Shown in pieces: positions 26,606 to 32,000 of a DNA stretch of 32,000 nucleotides. The stretch comes from Candidatus Harpocratesius repetitus (GTDB lineage Archaea; Asgardarchaeota; Lokiarchaeia; Sigyniarchaeales; Promethearchaeaceae), in contig JAIZWK010000001.1 of the NCBI GenBank assembly GCA_021498095.1, positions 1,290,001 through 1,322,000 of the forward strand, read 5' to 3'. The stretch's first letter is position 1. Each line of letters opens with the position of its first letter. Below the pieces are notes generated by a model. The model saw only the letters and a list, made by a program, of their open reading frames with translations, was not told the origin of the DNA and made no database searches. The position numbers and the translations under genes were made by a program.

Positions 26606-27295
26606 TCAACGATTAAGATGCAAATAATGCTTAAATTGTTCAAAAGTTGAGGCAACAATTTCTTCAATTTGGTTGTATATCGCTCTAATTTGATCTACAT
26701 TAAGATTTGGAATAGTTGTGCATTCTGAAAAGTATTGAGGGAGTTGTTGTGCTAATTGTATTAAGTGTTCGCTGAATGGATCAAATCCATGAACCTGCTT
26801 TAAGGATGAAATTAGTGCTTGTAACAATTCTTTAACGAAATCTTCATCCAAATCCTCCGCTATATGTAAATAATCCAGCAATGTTATAAAATCTGAGGTT
26901 ACTTGTGTCGCAACTTTAGCTAAATAAAAAGGATCTAACTGCCATTGCTCGGCTAATGAGTTGAATTTATAATCCATTGTGGATGCAATCAATGAAATTA
27001 TTGAGCGAAAATTTCCTTCAACATCAAAACCATTCACTATATCAAGGATTGAAGCCCGATTTAAATGGAGCTCACGTTGCAAATTCAGAATTTGCTGATA
27101 AAAATACCGCATACGACGAATGTAAAAGTTAGTATCCACCGATCCTTTTTCAAATCGAGATTGTAAAAATTTTGCTGTTTGCAAAATCGAATATAGATCC
27201 GCCTTTTGTTCGATTAAAGGGCGTGGTCGTGAGAATTCATTTTCAATCTTTGAAGATCTAGGCGAAAACATTCGAATTTCAAATAAATTTGGCAT
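26606..27295 (-). CDS. vps28: ESCRT-I subunit Vps28 homologue
   Basis: ADLYSILQTAKFLQSRFEKGSVDTNFY matches the Vps28 N-terminal hairpin (AELYSII..LEKAY.KD); VTSDFITLLDYL matches the C-terminal bundle motif (FIT.MD.L). Confidence 0.85.
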   Translation of the reverse strand: MPNLFEIRMFSPRSSKIENEFSRPRPLIEQKADLYSILQTAKFLQSRFEKGSVDTNFYIRRMRYFYQQILNLQRELHLNRASILDIVNGFDVEGNFRSIISLIASTMDYKFNSLAEQWQLDPFYLAKVATQVTSDFITLLDYLHIAEDLDEDFVKELLQALISSLKQVHGFDPFSEHLIQLAQQLPQYFSECTTIPNLNVDQIRAIYNQIEEIVASTFEQFKHYLHLNR

Positions 27296-27645
27296 GGTGA
27301 CTTCTTTTTGTCTTCTATTATGGTGATGTTATCAAGATCAGATCTGAAAAATGAGTAAATGAATTTACAAATAACAAAATAAAAAATTAAAGATTAACAG
27401 ACTATTTTTAGGAATGAAGGATCAATTAAGAGAAGCCTTATTTTTTAAATTATTTCAATATTATCGTTCAAAAAAATCTCATTGACAATTTCATTGAAGT
27501 TTTAGAGCAAAACATACACTATTCTAAAACTCATGACAAAGAAAAGCAAGGATATACATAAATTGATATTTTTTATAAAACTCTCAAACTGGCAAAAATA
27601 TGCTTTCCGCAGTACAGTTGCTATAAAGGAAATACAAGACTATTT

Positions 27646-27918
27646 GTGACAAAAGTTTTATTAAATAATCTGGCGAAGAATATTAATAGTAGGATTAAGA
27701 CTCGTGTGCATTTAACTGTTCCTAAAACACCTGAGGGTTTAGAACAGCGATTTCAGGGATATATTACAGTCATAAATGAACCCAAAATCTTAGGAATTAC
27801 CATTGTTCTGCACCGATTTAGCCCAAAAATTCTCTTTAATGAGTGGAATAATTTAGAGATTAAACGAATGTTTCAATTAATCGAAATATGGGGGAAAAAA
27901 ATCAAACCGAGGTGCTAG
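27646..27918 (+). CDS. Small hypothetical protein
   Basis: 90-aa ORF with GTG start in otherwise empty space; no recognisable motif or clear SD. Confidence 0.4.
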   Translation: MTKVLLNNLAKNINSRIKTRVHLTVPKTPEGLEQRFQGYITVINEPKILGITIVLHRFSPKILFNEWNNLEIKRMFQLIEIWGKKIKPRC

Positions 27919-27977
27919 TGAATTGATCCTTCGTAATTAAAAATAGCCGATTAACAGAAAAAGAATTTTTAAAAAAA

Positions 27978-28955
27978 TTAACTTCCTCCACCTAATTTGG
28001 CGATCAAATCTAAATTCCAACCAAGTGTTGGGCGAAGGAAAATGGTGGTATAAATAATTAATATTGCAACTATTAAATTTCCAATAAGTAAACGTGTGGT
28101 ATTAGTATTTCCAATCTCTCTAAATGCTAGGGACATTAAGACAGTGGACCACAAGACGGCGATAATTTGCAGAATATCTAAGAATGACCAAACAAATTTT
28201 CGATCCCATAAAGGTTGAATTGTCTGTGTTAATGTGGCTGTATTTGAGAAGTTTCCCAAATCAATTGTAGGTAATCCAATTAATAGGACTATTAATGAAA
28301 GTAAATTGACAATCACAAATGGTGTATAGGCATAATTCATTAATTTTTTCTTACCCGTTTTACGTATACTTGAATATTTATATTTTTTCTGGAGAAGTTC
28401 TGGTGAGAGTTCATCTTTTTTCTGACGAGTTAATCGAGTCCGACCTGAGATAAAGTCTCTAAATTTCCCTTTTTTAACTTTCACGTTATATCGTATGGCA
28501 ATTATTCCATCTAACTGAACGCTGAAATTGGCGGCAAGTTCAAAAAATAGAGAATAAAGCCAAAAAGTTAAACGCCAGTATATTAAACCAAAAATAAAAA
28601 GTACAATGAAAAATGCACTTCCCATCATTACTCTATTTAATAATGGTTCGGATGAAGTTTTTATATGCATAAATATTGCTACTCCCCACAAACCAGTTAA
28701 AAGACCGTTGAAAAAGCGGATAAATCGAGGTCCCCATGAATCTTTCTTTTTATTTATATCTCGAAAGGCATAGTTTGGTTTAATGATAGTTTTTACAAGG
28801 CGTTTGAAAACGGGATCAGGCTTAAACCAACGTTCTTGAGGGCGCGCAAATATTGGAATGCTCTCAATTTTTTCTACTTTCATTTGGTAACCGCAGTTAT
28901 CGCAGATATATACATCTAAATCGGTCTCATTTCCACAAGAGGGGCATCTGGCCAT
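27978..28955 (-). CDS. Yip1-domain membrane protein with N-terminal Zn ribbon
   Basis: CPSC...CDNC; TIIKPNYAFRDI and YAYTPFVI Yip1-like motifs; about 5 TM segments. Confidence 0.75.
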   Translation of the reverse strand: MARCPSCGNETDLDVYICDNCGYQMKVEKIESIPIFARPQERWFKPDPVFKRLVKTIIKPNYAFRDINKKKDSWGPRFIRFFNGLLTGLWGVAIFMHIKTSSEPLLNRVMMGSAFFIVLFIFGLIYWRLTFWLYSLFFELAANFSVQLDGIIAIRYNVKVKKGKFRDFISGRTRLTRQKKDELSPELLQKKYKYSSIRKTGKKKLMNYAYTPFVIVNLLSLIVLLIGLPTIDLGNFSNTATLTQTIQPLWDRKFVWSFLDILQIIAVLWSTVLMSLAFREIGNTNTTRLLIGNLIVAILIIYTTIFLRPTLGWNLDLIAKLGGGS

Positions 28956-28979
28956 AATTTTTCACATAAATCAGTTTTG

Positions 28980-29017
28980 ATCCCACAGGGATAGAAACGA
29001 AAATAATTGTTCGTTTC
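28980..29017. other. Two adjacent hairpins between rtcA and the Yip1 gene
   Basis: ATCCC-ACA-GGGAT (28980-28992) and GAAACGAA-8nt-TTCGTTTC (28994-29017). Confidence 0.4.
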
Positions 29018-29079
29018 AATTAATAATACAACTATTATTTTTTTCCCCTAAAAAACTTACAGCTTTATTGAGAAAGAAA

Positions 29080-30150
29080 TTATGGATTAGCGATTAAAAA
29101 ATTATGGGCTAACTGAGAAATTTTTGGGCGAGAATTCAAAATAGTTTCAATTATTTTCATATTAGTACGAAAATGTGAAGTTAATTCGGGAGTGGTAAAT
29201 GAAAAATCTCTTTTAGCTAACATTAAAAAGGGTAAAATTTGATCTGCTGCATGGGGATCTATTGTGTATGATGCATTTGAGACCTTTTGTATCTCTTGAG
29301 CGATTTTCTTTCCTAATTTTTCTGAAGAGATCCCTCTTTTCCCTAAAATTGTTCCAATTCCAATTCGAATTCCAGATGAATATTTAAGCCATCCATCTAT
29401 TCCAACACCAATTGATAAAGTAGAATGATAAAGAGGTTCTAAATGCAGGATGTTATCATCATTTATAGATGAAGGAAGAAAATTTCGAATTGCATCACGT
29501 ATTCGTTCAGCAACATTGGCTTTTCGTAGATTTTCATGAACATGTATCATTACATAAATACCTTGAAGTTCTCCTCGAGATTGCCAATTTATACTTTTAT
29601 AATCTTTTATATTACTTTTGGGTTTGATAATTACGGTGCTCTGTGCGCCTCCTTTTGGATAAAACCCTTGTTTTTTAACAATCAAATTGCATTCATATCC
29701 AAGCAAGCGAAAAATATGAAATACTACGTTTTCAATATAAGATGTTCCAGGAGCTCCAAGTCCATATGTCCCTCCTCCATGGATGCGAAAGATGTATTGA
29801 GAATGTGGCGCATTTGGAATTATCAATGCATTTTGAAGCGTCTGTGTTAATAATCCAACACTACCTGCTGTTCTAATGTAGATATTAAGTTCGGGATTTC
29901 GCTCACTACCTGGTTTGAAGTGTAATTCAGTGGTGCCAACTGAAATTGGGGAGGTTGTTCCCATTGTGAGTTCTTTCAATGAATTAATTCCAACCAAATG
30001 CTGCAATTTCAACCCCGGTTGTTTACGATTTGCTCTGATATTATTAATTACTAGCGGTTTTTGAAGACAGCATGCCAAACCGGCTGCAACTCGTAATATG
30101 GATCCACCACCTTCACCAATTGATCCATCCAATTCTATCGTTTTAATCAT
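29080..30150 (-). CDS. rtcA: RNA 3'-terminal phosphate cyclase
   Basis: LDGSIGEGGGSILR, IRANRKQPGLKLQHL, GFYPKGG, IDPHAADQ (adenylated His motif). Confidence 0.95.
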   Translation of the reverse strand: MIKTIELDGSIGEGGGSILRVAAGLACCLQKPLVINNIRANRKQPGLKLQHLVGINSLKELTMGTTSPISVGTTELHFKPGSERNPELNIYIRTAGSVGLLTQTLQNALIIPNAPHSQYIFRIHGGGTYGLGAPGTSYIENVVFHIFRLLGYECNLIVKKQGFYPKGGAQSTVIIKPKSNIKDYKSINWQSRGELQGIYVMIHVHENLRKANVAERIRDAIRNFLPSSINDDNILHLEPLYHSTLSIGVGIDGWLKYSSGIRIGIGTILGKRGISSEKLGKKIAQEIQKVSNASYTIDPHAADQILPFLMLAKRDFSFTTPELTSHFRTNMKIIETILNSRPKISQLAHNFLIANP

Positions 30151-30303
30151 AAAAAATCTTCTACGAATTTTGTTAATAAAACATTTTTTTAAAAAGAATC
30201 ATCTTAATAGGAACAATAACAATTTCACAGACAATTTTGATTTACAAGTTATATTATTATTTCTCGAAAAAATAAACTAATTTTAAAAATATCTTAAAAA
30301 AAT

Positions 30304-30798
30304 TTAGAAGTTTTCGATCTCTTCTAACAAAAATTCCAAAGTTCGTTTTACTGTTTGTTGTTTAATCTGTAATCGTGAACCATGAAATTGAGCTTCTTCA
30401 ATTTTGTCGCAAGTTGGAGTTCCTAAACCAATATACATTAGACCTCGGGGTTTTCCATCCATTGTATAAGATCCTGCAACACCAGTAATAGCAATTCGAA
30501 GATCAGTGCTAATTTGCTTTTTAAGACCATCTAATAATGCTTTTGTTGTCTCAGATGAAATTGCACCATAATCATTTATAATATCAAAATCTACTTGAAA
30601 AATTGAATTTTTTACATATGCAGAATAGGCAACTACTCCCCCAACAAAAACTTTTGAACTGCCATCAACACTGGTTAAGATATGGCTTAAATATCCTCCA
30701 GTTGCAGATTCTGCTACTGCTAAAGTCATGTGTTTCGAAGTTAATTCAGAAATTACTATTTTTACCAATTCTACAAGCTCATCGGTAAGATCCAGCAT
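30304..30798 (-). CDS. CinA C-terminal domain / NMN deamidase (PncC family)
   Basis: LAVAESATGG, GGVVAYS..VK, AITGVAG. Confidence 0.9.
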   Translation of the reverse strand: MLDLTDELVELVKIVISELTSKHMTLAVAESATGGYLSHILTSVDGSSKVFVGGVVAYSAYVKNSIFQVDFDIINDYGAISSETTKALLDGLKKQISTDLRIAITGVAGSYTMDGKPRGLMYIGLGTPTCDKIEEAQFHGSRLQIKQQTVKRTLEFLLEEIENF

Positions 30799-31000
30799 AT
30801 TAATTACATAACTGAATGTAAGAATTAAAGTTTTTTTTCATTTTTTTCAACAATTTTAATGTATAATAATTGCTATTATATTCCCTAAGCATTGCTAGGA
30901 ATTTATTATAAAATATGATTGAATAAATGATTTTACCAACAAACAATAGTCAAAATTCTAAAAAGAACTAATAAAAAAGAAATAAATCAAAAAATCAGAA

Positions 31001-32000
31001 TTATGGAAATATTCCACGTAATTTTGTTGCTTCTACAACTTTTTGAATTGCTAATATATGTGCAGCTGTCCGCATATCACATATTTTATTCAATGAATGA
31101 TATTTAGATAACACTTCATTGAATGCTTGAACCATAACTCTTTCAAGTTTTCTATTTACTTCAGTTTCTGACCAAGAAAAACGCTCAAGTCCCTGGACCC
31201 ATTCCAAATAACTAACTGTCACTCCTCCGGCATTACAAAGTATGTCTGGAATTAGAAAAACTCCTTCACTAAATAATATCTTATCTGCTTCAGGAGTTGT
31301 TGGCCCATTTGCACCTTCAGCAATTATTTTTGCTGAAATATTGTGTGCATTGTCTTCTGTAATTTGATTTTCAATCGCACACGGTGCTAATATATCAACA
31401 TTTAATTCTAATATATCTTTATTTGATATTGGACTTGAATTTGGGAAATCAACAACTTTTTTATTATTTTTTACATATTCGATTAATTTTGGGATATCTA
31501 TACCAGAATCATTACGAATACCTCCCCACATATCTGAAATTGCGACAATTTTTGCTCCATTTTCATACATTATTCGAGCAAAATTTGAACCTACATTACC
31601 AAAGCCTTGAATTGCAACAGTGCAATTCTTTAAAGACATTTTCTTATATTTGAGTGCCTCTAAGACAGAAAAATATACACCTCTTCCTGTTGCTTCAAGT
31701 CTTCCTCGAGAACCTCCTAATTGTATGGGTTTTCCAGTTACTACCTCTGGAATTGAATATCCCTTTATCATACTATATGTATCCATTATTTTTGCCATTG
31801 TGTCAGGATTTGTATTTACATCTGGTGCTGGAATGTCTCTTTCTGGACCAATCATATTTAGTATTGCATAGGTGAATCTTCGGGTAAGTCTACAAAGTTC
31901 CTTCTCACTCATTTTAGATGGATCACAACATACTCCTCCTTTGGCACCCCCAAATGGTAATCCTACGACAGCTGTTTTCCATGTCATCCACATTGATAGT
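31001..32000 (-). CDS. gdhA: Glutamate dehydrogenase (ELFV family), 5' end outside the window
   Basis: LSMWMTWK, GGAKGG, DIPAPDV, VAIQGFGNVG, EGANGP, PDILCNAGGVTVSY; frame is open to the window edge. Confidence 0.93.
   Translation of the reverse strand, partial: LSMWMTWKTAVVGLPFGGAKGGVCCDPSKMSEKELCRLTRRFTYAILNMIGPERDIPAPDVNTNPDTMAKIMDTYSMIKGYSIPEVVTGKPIQLGGSRGRLEATGRGVYFSVLEALKYKKMSLKNCTVAIQGFGNVGSNFARIMYENGAKIVAISDMWGGIRNDSGIDIPKLIEYVKNNKKVVDFPNSSPISNKDILELNVDILAPCAIENQITEDNAHNISAKIIAEGANGPTTPEADKILFSEGVFLIPDILCNAGGVTVSYLEWVQGLERFSWSETEVNRKLERVMVQAFNEVLSKYHSLNKICDMRTAAHILAIQKVVEATKLRGIFP

Noticed and set aside
26499-26609. 37-aa N-terminal extension of the L34e ORF
   Set aside because: Homology and the SD point to ATG 26498; the extension is intergenic readthrough.
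27533-27649. 38-codon ORF whose TGA overlaps the GTG of 27646-27918 (frameshift or Sec readthrough?)
   Set aside because: The two ORFs are in different frames, so TGA readthrough would not join them; no SECIS-like element or homology recognised.
134-31875. Short overlapping ORFs in the track (134-358, 641-829, 1716-1961, 2343-2609, 4246-4434, 5995-6177, 6195-6497, 9844-10026, 15541-15762, 16189-16371, 18017-18298, 22272-22475, 25194-25430, 25214-25417, 29536-29850, 30098-30280, 30603-30788, 31384-31653, 31620-31871, 31654-31875)
   Set aside because: They lie antisense to or out of frame within well-supported genes, with no motifs or SD; they are shadow ORFs.

Overview
This is an AT-rich (roughly 30% GC by eye) chromosomal window of an Asgard archaeon, most likely Lokiarchaeia/Promethearchaeota. 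That assignment is inferred from archaeal information genes (TFB, Alba, SmAP, rpl14e, rpl34e, GPN GTPase, GGTGA/GGAGG Shine-Dalgarno motifs) sitting alongside eukaryotic-signature proteins (Vps28, a Rab-like GTPase next to a longin-like protein). It holds about 29 CDS, one tRNA-Ser(GGA), several HTH regulators, metabolic genes and an orphan type III Mod-like DNA methyltransferase. I found no CRISPR array, rRNA or transposase. The most striking hypothesis concerns the 268-aa protein at 3878-4684. It combines an RHH-like DNA-binding domain, a coiled coil, a polyproline tract and a WH2-like actin-binding motif, so it could be a DNA-to-actin adaptor analogous to ParR. Other notable items are a PCI-like plus adaptin/COP-appendage-like protein, a TFB fused to a tandem-repeat N-terminal domain, vps28 upstream of a ribosomal-protein cluster, a GNRA hairpin that occludes the rpl14e SD, a degenerate TatD-like protein and likely near-cognate (ATT/CTG) starts. 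All family assignments come from motif recognition by eye, not from database searches.
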